11,628 bases of DNA from Myxococcota bacterium (GTDB taxonomy: Bacteria; Myxococcota_A; UBA796; GCA-2862545): positions 1 to 11,628 of the forward strand of contig JBCCQY010000227.1 in NCBI GenBank assembly GCA_039208735.1, written 5' to 3'. Shown here piece by piece: positions 1 to 7,587 of the stretch. A program made the translations under genes and the position numbers. Numbering within the stretch: position 1 is the first letter of the stretch; every line of letters begins with the position of its first letter. The notes beneath the pieces are model-generated. The model was given only the letters and a program-made list of their open reading frames with translations. It did not search any database and was not told where the DNA came from.

Positions 1-2
1 AC

Positions 3-179
3 CTCGATAACCGCGACGTCATCTGCGTTGAGGTCGCTTGGGCGGGCAACCGCGCGGGGCAATCCGTCGGCGGTGCATTCCCGATATCGAAGGTTCCTGC
101 GTGGGCGAGGAACAGGTGGAACAACCGACCCATTCCGGAGTCCGCTCCTTCATTCTGCCACTTCTATGGCGGCTGGTAG
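3..179 (+). CDS. Possible 3' end of a hypothetical gene entering from the left edge
   Basis: Frame +3 is open from the edge to TAG at 177-179 (LDNRDVICVEVAWAGNRAGQ...FCHFYGGW*). No recognisable motif. Confidence 0.2.
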   Translation, partial: LDNRDVICVEVAWAGNRAGQSVGGAFPISKVPAWARNRWNNRPIPESAPSFCHFYGGW

Positions 180-299
180 CATCCTTGCTACCTCGAACCC
201 TGGACGATTGCCCGAAGTGTGTCCTTGCTGGCGACGGGAAAGATGACGTCGCTGATGGTGCGTCGGGCTGCTCGATCGCTGCCAGGGCGACCTGGAACA

Positions 300-434
300 A
301 GATGGTGTGCGCGCTTCGGCGCGCTCGCGAGCGAAGCGGAACGCCAGATCGACGAAGCCGACGAAGACGCGCTGAACGACTTTGTCGAACGCTTCCCTTC
401 GTTCGAAGGCTCGCTGGACGAGTTCCTCGCGTGA
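300..434 (+). pseudogene. C-terminal remnant of a DUF4351-like domain (tail typical of Rpn/PD-(D/E)XK putative transposase proteins)
   Basis: 312-434 reads RFGALASEAERQIDEADEDALNDFVERFPSFEGSLDEFLA*, resembling the DUF4351 pattern RFGxLxxxxxxxIxxxxxxxLxxxxExL...SLxE/D. No coherent upstream frame. Confidence 0.45.
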
Positions 435-589
435 CCCTGGTTGCAGAGGATCTAGATGCTCCAATCCTGTTGGCTGGGTGAGGCGTTGTTGGTGGGGACC
501 ACGTCGTAGTCGCGCAGGCAGCAGCTCAGGCCGGGATCGCCGAAGTCGTCGCCGGTCCATGCGACCGAGACGACACGGCCGTCGAACGC

Positions 590-643
590 CAACCCGACCT
601 CCGCCACGAGCTGCTCGAGCCCGAGGTGCCCCTCGACCCCGGA
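590..643 (-). pseudogene. Possible scrap of a serine recombinase-family gene
   Basis: SGVEGHLGLEQLVAEVGL resembles the EGRxGFQRLVAEVGL segment of large serine recombinase-family proteins. Only 18 aa, and the catalytic SRLAR motif does not follow. Confidence 0.25.
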
Positions 644-644
644 T

Positions 645-664
645 TTGTGATTTCGATGTGACCC
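645..664 (+). promoter_or_regulatory. Tandem TGTGA box, copy 1 (TTGTGATTTCGATGTGACCC); candidate wHTH operator or cassette boundary
   Basis: TGTGA at 646-650 and 657-661 (11-bp period). 19/20 identical to 5405-5424. Lies about 135 nt upstream of ATG 800 and is followed by CGAAAC at 675-680. Confidence 0.55.
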
Positions 665-799
665 CCGAGCGTCCCGAAACTCGACACATTCTCTCCGATC
701 GCCGAAGGGAAGACACCGTCCGACCTCGGCGAGCCATGGATACGTGCGCCTCCGACCATCCCGGTACGAGGGGCGTTCGTGTCCGCGTGGGGGAGTGAA

Positions 800-2710
800 A
801 TGCAGAAGCAATTGTTCACGTCATGGTCGGCACTATTTGCCACAGTAGCGATTTGGTTGGTCGCGAGCTCGGCCTATGCGGGCGACTTCGTGACCACGGG
901 AATCGACGGAAACTGTACGACCAACGTGTGCGAGTTCGACGACATGGGCGATGCGGTCATCCAGATGCTCGGCCGCGGGCACGACACGCTGTGTGTCACC
1001 AACGACGACACCCTCCTCGAGACCGGAGCGGCCAACACGATTCAGATCGCGGTGGGCATCGACGTGAAGGTGGTGGGCGCAGACGCCGAGTGCAACGAGC
1101 TGCCGGACACTGCGTTCACCAGCTCGTTCCCCGACATCGACATGGCGGGCCAGCGCATCGCCCTGCTGTCGGGCAACGCGAGGGTCGAGATCGTCCAGAT
1201 GAAGTACCGCAACGCGGACGGCCTCGCCCAAGGCGCGATGACGGTCATGGGGGGGGCCACGACACTGGATCTTCACGACGTCTGGATCCTCGATCCGGTG
1301 GGAGAGGGAATCAAGAGCACGAGCGGAACGGTGACGCTGACGGGGCAGACCCGAATCGAGCGCGGGAGCGGAGGATCGGCTGCGATCGAGCTGTTGTCGG
1401 GGGCCACGGCATCGCTGTCGGGTGCGGTGCGCATCGATGAAAACGAGTACTCTGGGATCTTGGTCGACAACAGCACCCTCAACATCAACGGTGCGGTTGT
1501 CATCGAGGAGAACGTCGATTTCCGACAGGCGGGCGGCATCGCCATCCAAGGCGAGTCGACGGTCGCCATCCATGGCGGCGATAGCCCGGTGCGGATCCAA
1601 GACAACCTGAACTGGGGCCAGTCTGGGGGCGGTATGACCATCGACGGCGCCTCCACGGTTACCGTCGCGAACACCCGGTTCGAGAACAACGGCACCCGCA
1701 CCGATTTCGGCGGCACCACGGGCTCTCCCCAGGGAGGAGCCATCTTCGTGATGGACACTGCAACGGGAAGCCTGACGCTGGACGACGTCGAGCTCGAGTT
1801 CAACGATGCGACACTCGGCTGTCGGGGGATGCTCGACAACAGCCCCACCATCACCACGCGCATCTACTCATCGACCGTCCGAGACGCCATCTGCATGAAC
1901 GGCGTGAGCGATACCGAATTCGTGAACACCTTGTTCTCGCACCCGGGGTACCTCGTGCTCGACGAGCAATCGGACGTCGAGATCTACAACGGGATCCACC
2001 GGTCGCTCACGCTCGCGGTGCCCATGATTTCCGTCACGGACTCCGACCTGTACGTCGGGGTTCGAACCACCCCGGTTGACGAGTCGCCGAGCTGCGTGCC
2101 GGGGCCCGGGTTCACCGACATCTGCAGCACGTTCGACGGCAACGACGAAGCCATCCGCGCGATTGGGAGCAACGTGGTCATCGAGCAGACGATCTTCCGG
2201 GACGGCCCCGATTCCGGCCGCACCCAGGTGACCTACGATCTGAGCAGCACAGGCTCGATCTCGAACGCGGTGTTCGACGAGAACGCAGGCGATGCCATCT
2301 TGGTGACGGGGGGGTCGACCACCGACATCACGCAGACCACGATCTTCGAGAGCCGCCGCCCGATCGGCTTCGTCAATGCGTCAGGGACGATGACCAACTC
2401 CATCATGCAGGAGAACGGCGTCAGCGGGCTCGTCACCAACGGCACGCTCGACCTCACCTGTTCGCGTCGCGATCCCATCGTGGTCACGCCGACAGGCACC
2501 CTCAACGAGATAGATGTCTCCACGGACCTCGTGGACTTCGTGAATGCTCCCACCCCGACGGCGCTCCCCAACGACCTGACGCCGTCCCTGTCCGATACCG
2601 TCGCCCTCGACGCCTGCACCGTGGGCGTGCGTCCCGACATCATCGGCAATCCGCGTAACGGGCCTTTCGACATGGGCGCCTACGAGCAATTAGCGTCGCC
2701 CGGTGAATGA
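800..2710 (+). CDS. Secreted right-handed parallel beta-helix repeat protein with C-terminal choice-of-anchor-Q-like motif (636 aa)
   Basis: GGGAG (791-795) precedes ATG 800. Signal peptide MQKQLFTSWSALFATVAIWLVASSAYA|G. Repeated GGIAI / GGGM / FENN / GGAIF (Pmp-like) beta-helix motifs and several Cys. Ends in DIIGNPRNGPFDMGAYE. Strong GC bias at third codon positions. Confidence 0.88.
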   Translation: MQKQLFTSWSALFATVAIWLVASSAYAGDFVTTGIDGNCTTNVCEFDDMGDAVIQMLGRGHDTLCVTNDDTLLETGAANTIQIAVGIDVKVVGADAECNELPDTAFTSSFPDIDMAGQRIALLSGNARVEIVQMKYRNADGLAQGAMTVMGGATTLDLHDVWILDPVGEGIKSTSGTVTLTGQTRIERGSGGSAAIELLSGATASLSGAVRIDENEYSGILVDNSTLNINGAVVIEENVDFRQAGGIAIQGESTVAIHGGDSPVRIQDNLNWGQSGGGMTIDGASTVTVANTRFENNGTRTDFGGTTGSPQGGAIFVMDTATGSLTLDDVELEFNDATLGCRGMLDNSPTITTRIYSSTVRDAICMNGVSDTEFVNTLFSHPGYLVLDEQSDVEIYNGIHRSLTLAVPMISVTDSDLYVGVRTTPVDESPSCVPGPGFTDICSTFDGNDEAIRAIGSNVVIEQTIFRDGPDSGRTQVTYDLSSTGSISNAVFDENAGDAILVTGGSTTDITQTTIFESRRPIGFVNASGTMTNSIMQENGVSGLVTNGTLDLTCSRRDPIVVTPTGTLNEIDVSTDLVDFVNAPTPTALPNDLTPSLSDTVALDACTVGVRPDIIGNPRNGPFDMGAYEQLASPGE

Positions 2711-2747
2711 CCTCCCTGGTCGGGGGTGTGACAAGTAGAGTGGCCCC

Positions 2748-5369
2748 ATGGAGCGTTCGACCAGACCATTGGGCCCGCTGCTGTCCGTGACGGATGGTGT
2801 GATCGATCTACAGCGCCTGGAGGTGCGGCGTTCGGGGATTGTGGAACGCCTCACCGCCAAGGAGGCCGCGCTCGTCCGGTATCTGGCCGAGCAGAAGGGC
2901 CAGATCGTCTCGAAGCAGAGCCTGCTTCGAGACGTGTGGGGCTATCGACCGGGCGTCCGATCGCGCACGGTCGAAACGACCGTCGGACGCGTGCGGGCCA
3001 AGATCGAAATGGACAGCTCCCGCCCCCGCCACCTGCTCACCGTCGTCGGGGCGGGGTATCGTCTCGAGCACCTCGGTTCGGGCCTGCTCGGGCGGGACGC
3101 CTTGCTCGACCAGCTTCGGAACGCCGCCGTCGGCACGTGGCTGACCCTTCATGGTCCGGGCGGCGTCGGCAAGACGGCGCTGGCTCGCGAGCTTTGCGAC
3201 GCGTGGCCGAGCGAGACCTGCTGGGTGGCGCTGCATCACGTGCACGACGTGAGCGGAGCCCTCGTCGCCGTGGCCCGCGCGCTCGGCGTCGACGAAGATG
3301 AAGACGTTGCCTCCCGCATCGCGAGCGCGCTCGGTGCGCGCGACGAGATGATGCTGGTGGTCGACAATGCGGATCACGTGGGTCCGGCGTTGGCGTCGGT
3401 GTTCGATCGATGGTGCGACGAGGGGGTCGTGCACCTCGTCGTGACCCGCCGTCAGGAGCTCGAGGGGCAGCACGAGCAGGGCGTTCGTGTTCCCCCGCTG
3501 GACCCACCGAGCGCCACCGCCCTGCTCTTCCGCCGGGCGGAAGCGGCCGGAGCCCCCGTGCAGGCCGACGACCCCGGACTGCACGCACTGGCGGATGCTC
3601 TGCAGGGCCTGCCTCTCGCCCTGGAAGTGGTGGCCCCTCGTCTGGTCTTCCTCACTCCGCAGCAGGCGACCGACCGCGTGCGTCGCGACCTGCTGGCCCT
3701 CGACGGCGCAGACCAGCGGCTGCAACGCTCCTTCGAGGTGTCTTGGGAGCTGCTGAAGGAAGCGGAGCGCTCGGCTCTGGTGAGGCTGTGCATCCTGTCG
3801 AGCGCGGCCACGGTCCCCCATGTCGAGGCTCTTCTCGAGGGGCTCCCCGCGCCCCTCGATCACCTCGACCAGCTTCGTCGCAAGGCGCTCGTCGAGGTTC
3901 GGCACGAGTCCGGCGTCGCACGGGTATTCCTGCTCGACGCGGTCCGGGCGCTGGGGCGTGAACGCGCGACCGACCCCGACCTTCGATCCGCCGAGGTGGG
4001 GCACCTCGACTTCGTGGAGAAGCACGGAGCGCAGCTCGCGGCCCGAGCCTTCGAGGATCCGGCCGCCCTCGATCGACTGGAGCAACTCGAGCACCACATC
4101 GAGTCGGCAATGGCCATGACGACGTCGTTGCCGCGCCAGCTGTCGCTCCTGCGCATCTGGGACCCGCTGCTCACGGTTCGCCGACCGACCGCACTGTGCG
4201 AGCAACACTGGCACCGGATGATGCAGCACGCTGACGAGCTCGACGTTCCTCTTCGGATCGAAGCCCACCTCGGCTGGGTTCGGAGTCTGTTCCTGCGAGA
4301 CCCCAAGGGTCCGGCTGCGGCGCGAGCCGCGCTGGCGTTGGCCCATGCGGGAACCACGAAGCAACGGATCGAGGCGAGCATCGAGCTTGCCCATCGCATC
4401 TGCTTCGGCGAGAACGATCCGGAGCTCGGGGAGCAGATGCTGATGGGGGTGATCGACGAAACCCGGCTGTTTCCTGCCCTTCACACTCGCAGCCTCGACA
4501 TGCTCGCGAACATCCGGGTCTTCCGGGACCCCCAAGCCCTCGACGCCCTCGATGCGTCACGAGAAGCCGTGGCGTGGGCCCGCGCGAGGAGCCACACCTA
4601 CGGGCTCACGCGAGCCTTGTGGCCGCTTCAGCGCGCACTTCAGGCCCATGGAGAGCTCTCGGCTGCCCTTCACGCGCTCTCTGAGATCGAGACCCTCCTC
4701 CGCCGCTTCGGGCATACGCGAGGTGTGGCGCGTGCCCAGAGCGGCATGGCGATCTGTCACTACGATATGGGGGATCTCGCGCAGACCCGGACCTACCTCC
4801 AGCAGTCCGCGCGGACGTTCGCCCGAGTCGGGGATCGACGTGGCATGGTGGCGCAGCTCGCCAATCTCGCGGTGCTCGAGCCCGATCCGGCCATTGCCGA
4901 GTCCCTCTTCCGGGAAGCCCGTGCGAAGGCGCAGTCGGCTGGCGAGCCTGCGATCGATGCCCGGCTGACGTTGAACATCGGCGTGAGCCTGCACCTACAA
5001 GAGCGTCCGCTCGAGGCGCTGCCCTACTACGACGAGGCCGCCGAGAAGATGGACGCGCTCGGTCAACGGTTGCTGCACGCGCTCGTCCGGTCCCTCCGCG
5101 CGGGATGCCTCGCCGACCTCGGAAGGTCCGCGGAGGCTCGCCGAGAGCTGTCGCAGACCGAGGCGTACTGCAGCGACGAGGCGAAGCTCGACGCACTGCT
5201 CGAGGTCACCCGCGCCCACGTCCAGCTCGGAAGCAGCGGAGTGCTCTCGGAGGGCCTCCGCGATGTCTCGGCGAAGGCAAGCAAGAGTCAGAGCGGTGAT
5301 GTGCGGCTGGCCCTCCGGCTGCTGAAGCTCGCGATCGCTCGCCGGCAGGCCGAGCGAGACTCGACGTAG
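2748..5369 (+). CDS. Transcriptional regulator: OmpR/PhoB-type winged HTH (no receiver) + STAND (NB-ARC-like, COG3903-type) ATPase + TPR-like C-terminus (873 aa)
   Basis: Trans_reg_C motifs LTAKEAALVRYL, LLRDVWGY, SRTVETTVGRVRAKIE, HLLTVVGAGY. Walker A GPGGVGKT, Walker B LVVDNADH, GLPLALE. Helical Ala/Leu-rich TPR-like repeats in the C-terminal part. Confidence 0.92.
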   Translation: MERSTRPLGPLLSVTDGVIDLQRLEVRRSGIVERLTAKEAALVRYLAEQKGQIVSKQSLLRDVWGYRPGVRSRTVETTVGRVRAKIEMDSSRPRHLLTVVGAGYRLEHLGSGLLGRDALLDQLRNAAVGTWLTLHGPGGVGKTALARELCDAWPSETCWVALHHVHDVSGALVAVARALGVDEDEDVASRIASALGARDEMMLVVDNADHVGPALASVFDRWCDEGVVHLVVTRRQELEGQHEQGVRVPPLDPPSATALLFRRAEAAGAPVQADDPGLHALADALQGLPLALEVVAPRLVFLTPQQATDRVRRDLLALDGADQRLQRSFEVSWELLKEAERSALVRLCILSSAATVPHVEALLEGLPAPLDHLDQLRRKALVEVRHESGVARVFLLDAVRALGRERATDPDLRSAEVGHLDFVEKHGAQLAARAFEDPAALDRLEQLEHHIESAMAMTTSLPRQLSLLRIWDPLLTVRRPTALCEQHWHRMMQHADELDVPLRIEAHLGWVRSLFLRDPKGPAAARAALALAHAGTTKQRIEASIELAHRICFGENDPELGEQMLMGVIDETRLFPALHTRSLDMLANIRVFRDPQALDALDASREAVAWARARSHTYGLTRALWPLQRALQAHGELSAALHALSEIETLLRRFGHTRGVARAQSGMAICHYDMGDLAQTRTYLQQSARTFARVGDRRGMVAQLANLAVLEPDPAIAESLFREARAKAQSAGEPAIDARLTLNIGVSLHLQERPLEALPYYDEAAEKMDALGQRLLHALVRSLRAGCLADLGRSAEARRELSQTEAYCSDEAKLDALLEVTRAHVQLGSSGVLSEGLRDVSAKASKSQSGDVRLALRLLKLAIARRQAERDST

Positions 5370-5404
5370 CGGCGGGTGCGGTGGCTGGGCATGCTTCAGC
5401 GCGA

Positions 5405-5424
5405 TTGTGATGTCGATGTGACCC
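5405..5424 (+). promoter_or_regulatory. Tandem TGTGA box, copy 2 (TTGTGATGTCGATGTGACCC)
   Basis: TGTGA at 5406-5410 and 5417-5421. 19/20 match to 645-664 in the same orientation. Begins 35 nt after the regulator stop and is followed by CGAAAC at 5434-5439. Confidence 0.55.
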
Positions 5425-5489
5425 GGCGACCTTCGAAACACGAAGCGTGCGAACTCGAAGCTCGCTGTACCGACGATCCTCTGCGACTG

Positions 5490-5543
5490 GTGACCACTCC
5501 GCATGTCCACCGGCTCGACCGCCAGGAAGATGCGGAGCGCCGA
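5490..5543 (-). mobile_element. tnpB: IS66 accessory protein TnpB, N-terminal remnant
   Basis: Minus strand reads SALRIFLAVEPVDMRSGH, matching the IS66 TnpB N-terminal signature xRIxLAxEPVDMRxG(F/H)DGL. Truncated on both sides. Confidence 0.7.
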
Positions 5544-5583
5544 CGATCTCAACCGGGACGGCCATGTGGACCTGGTGGTGACC
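5542..5583 (+). pseudogene. Single FG-GAP/VCBS repeat remnant of a lost extracellular protein gene
   Basis: gac gat ctc aac cgg gac ggc cat gtg gac ctg gtg gtg acc = DDLNRDGHVDLVVT, the DxNxDGxxDLVV calcium-binding beta-propeller motif. Abuts the tnpB scrap. Confidence 0.55.
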
Positions 5584-5927
5584 CGGCCCAGAGTCGCGCA
5601 CTGGCGCCAACCTGTGATCTGTTGGCGTCGGAGGTGAGAAGTGCCCGCGCCTCTATTGATGGACCTACGCCGACGACGCCTTGGACGTGGGTGGCGGTGA
5701 CCAGCGAAAACTGAACCACCATTCCCAAGCCCGGACCTTGACCACGACGAAAGCATCGTGACTTAGCGACCGGATCTACACGATTGCTACGCGAGGCCTG
5801 ACTCGCTGAACGGGCGCGGCCCTCCTTCGAAAGCCGGCGACTCAAGGCTGTGGTCGACCAGAGGCAATCGTGGATCGTTGCCCCCACAACGCTGGCGGCA
5901 CCCCGACGGTTGCGCCAATGCGTTCGC

Positions 5928-7199
5928 TCAGGACAGGTTGGACGGCCTTTCGGCGCTTTGGAGCCGAAGCGCCATGGTGGTGCCGATTCCCGGGGCGCTG
6001 GAGGCCTCCAGGGAGCCCCCCATCGCGAGCGTGAGTTCTCGGGCAATGGTCAACCCAAGTCCCGTGCCGCCCTCCGCGGGGGCGTCGTGCGGGTTTTGCC
6101 CGAAGCGCCGAAAGGCTTGCTCGAGTTCGGCCGCGGTCATCCCGCACCCCGTATCCGACACGCTGACCACCACGCCATGGTGTGCCCTGACGGCCCGGAG
6201 GGTGATGGTTCCGTCCGCGGTGAACTTCGCGCTGTTGGACACGAGATTGAGGAGGACCTGACGAAGGCGGAGTTCATCACCCCGGACCCTCACCACGGCG
6301 GGTATGTCCACAATCAAGACGTTACCACGGGCTTTGGCGAGTGTCCGCGACGCATCGGCCACCTCGTCGAGCAACGGACCGATGGCCACGATCGCGTCGT
6401 CCACGACCAGCTTGCCCGCCTCGAGCTTGGACAGGTCCAGGACATCATCGATCAGGCGTCGTAGGTGTCGGCCGGCCACACCGACGCGCTCCAGATCGGC
6501 GACGCTGTCAGGCGCTAAGTCCGCGATCTCCTCCGCCACGAGCTCGACGTAGCCGAGGATCGCATTGAGCGGCGTCCGCAGCTCGTGCGACATCGAGGTC
6601 AGGAAGGCGCTCTGCGCCTCACGCTCTGCGGCCATCTGAGCGGCATAGAGGGAAGCGGCATCAAGGGCTTGCCGACGGGCCTCGTCAACCGCATAGAGCC
6701 GTCGCCATTCGGATGCCCCAACCGAGCCGGTCGCCCCGGTCACGACGATGAGGACGGTCAGCAACACGATCGACTCGACATCCCCGGGCTTTAGGTCAAA
6801 CAGGATCTTCAGAAGAGCAGGGCACCCAACGGCCAGCCCGACGGTGGTGGCCACCAGCCATCCTCGGGGCAGGGTCCAGGTCCCGACGAGCGTGCCGACC
6901 ACGAGCAAGTAGGCGGGAGGCGCGAAGCCACCGTGCTCCAGAAGGAGCACCCCGAAAACGGCCAGCGTGTTCAACGTGATGATGAACGCGCCGGCCAACG
7001 AACCCAGACCGCGCAGGGCGAGCGCCAAAGCGCTCAACAGGCCGAGTTGGAACAAGGCGTTCCAGGCGAGCGTGGATCCTGCCCGCTCGAGCACGGCAAG
7101 GATCACGCCGTAGTTCAAGGTCGAGATCACCAACAGGGATAGGGCGATCCAACGAGCCATGCTGGCTCGGCCTGAGCGGGCCGTCTGACCTTCCAGCAT
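5928..7199 (-). CDS. Membrane-bound sensor histidine kinase (multi-TM + HisKA + HATPase_c), no receiver domain (423 aa)
   Basis: H-box FLTSMSHELRTPLNAILGY, N-box LRQVLLNLVSNSAKFT, G1 VSDTGCGM, G2 GGTGLGL. Several hydrophobic N-terminal segments. GAGGAG RBS upstream of ATG 7199. Confidence 0.93.
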   Translation of the reverse strand: MLEGQTARSGRASMARWIALSLLVISTLNYGVILAVLERAGSTLAWNALFQLGLLSALALALRGLGSLAGAFIITLNTLAVFGVLLLEHGGFAPPAYLLVVGTLVGTWTLPRGWLVATTVGLAVGCPALLKILFDLKPGDVESIVLLTVLIVVTGATGSVGASEWRRLYAVDEARRQALDAASLYAAQMAAEREAQSAFLTSMSHELRTPLNAILGYVELVAEEIADLAPDSVADLERVGVAGRHLRRLIDDVLDLSKLEAGKLVVDDAIVAIGPLLDEVADASRTLAKARGNVLIVDIPAVVRVRGDELRLRQVLLNLVSNSAKFTADGTITLRAVRAHHGVVVSVSDTGCGMTAAELEQAFRRFGQNPHDAPAEGGTGLGLTIARELTLAMGGSLEASSAPGIGTTMALRLQSAERPSNLS

Positions 7200-7307
7200 C
7201 CCTGGCTCCTCGAATGGAAGAGCGGCACTCTACCTCGTGGTTGAAGCCGCTCCAAGCGACGAAGCCCGGATGAAGCCGCGGGTCTCGCCCATCTGCGAAA
7301 TCACTAG

Positions 7308-7538
7308 CTCGGCGAATTCTGCCGACAGCATGGCGTCAACGTGCGCTCGCTGCACATTTGGCGGGTGAATCTGTTGCGATGGGCTCCGCGCTCGGCGTCC
7401 TCGGCGGGCCTGGGGCTGGTGGAAGTGATGCCCCGGCCCGAATCGAGGCTCACGGTGTGATGATCGAAGTCGACGGCCAGTTCGAGAGGAGACCCTGGTT
7501 CGGTTGCTTCGGACGGTGGCACGATGCTGACTTTTCCG
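7308..7538 (+). mobile_element. tnpA: Degraded IS66 tnpA (HTH accessory gene) plus the first codons of tnpB
   Basis: Three consecutive frames: LGEFCRQHGVNVRSLHIWRVNL...GLVEVMPRP (from 7308), RIEAHGVMIEVDGQF (about 7439-7483), EETLVRLLRTVARC* (7486-7530). The stop lies in ATGCTGA, which also starts MLTFP (7524-7538); this is the typical IS66 tnpA/tnpB overlap. Confidence 0.72.
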
Positions 7539-7587
7539 TGCCGTTCGGCGCGATGAGACCCAGCACGCTGTAAAACGATGTCGGAGC

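Noticed and set aside
779..799. GTG start at 779 for the beta-helix gene
   Set aside because: ATG 800 has an RBS and gives a clean signal peptide.
2808..4535. 575-aa minus-strand ORF and the many other Arg/Pro-rich overlapping ORFs across the window
   Set aside because: Antisense or off-frame shadows of well-supported genes in GC-rich DNA; no motifs.
5490..5543. Reading tnpB as the RNA-guided IS200/IS605 TnpB nuclease
   Set aside because: The motif is that of the unrelated IS66 accessory protein TnpB; no RuvC or zinc-finger motifs are present.
5773..5876. Imperfect inverted repeat GATC-ta-CACGATTGC / GCAATCGTG-GATC with small hairpins between
   Set aside because: Only 9 contiguous bp, no U-tract and no known RNA motif; within chance expectation.
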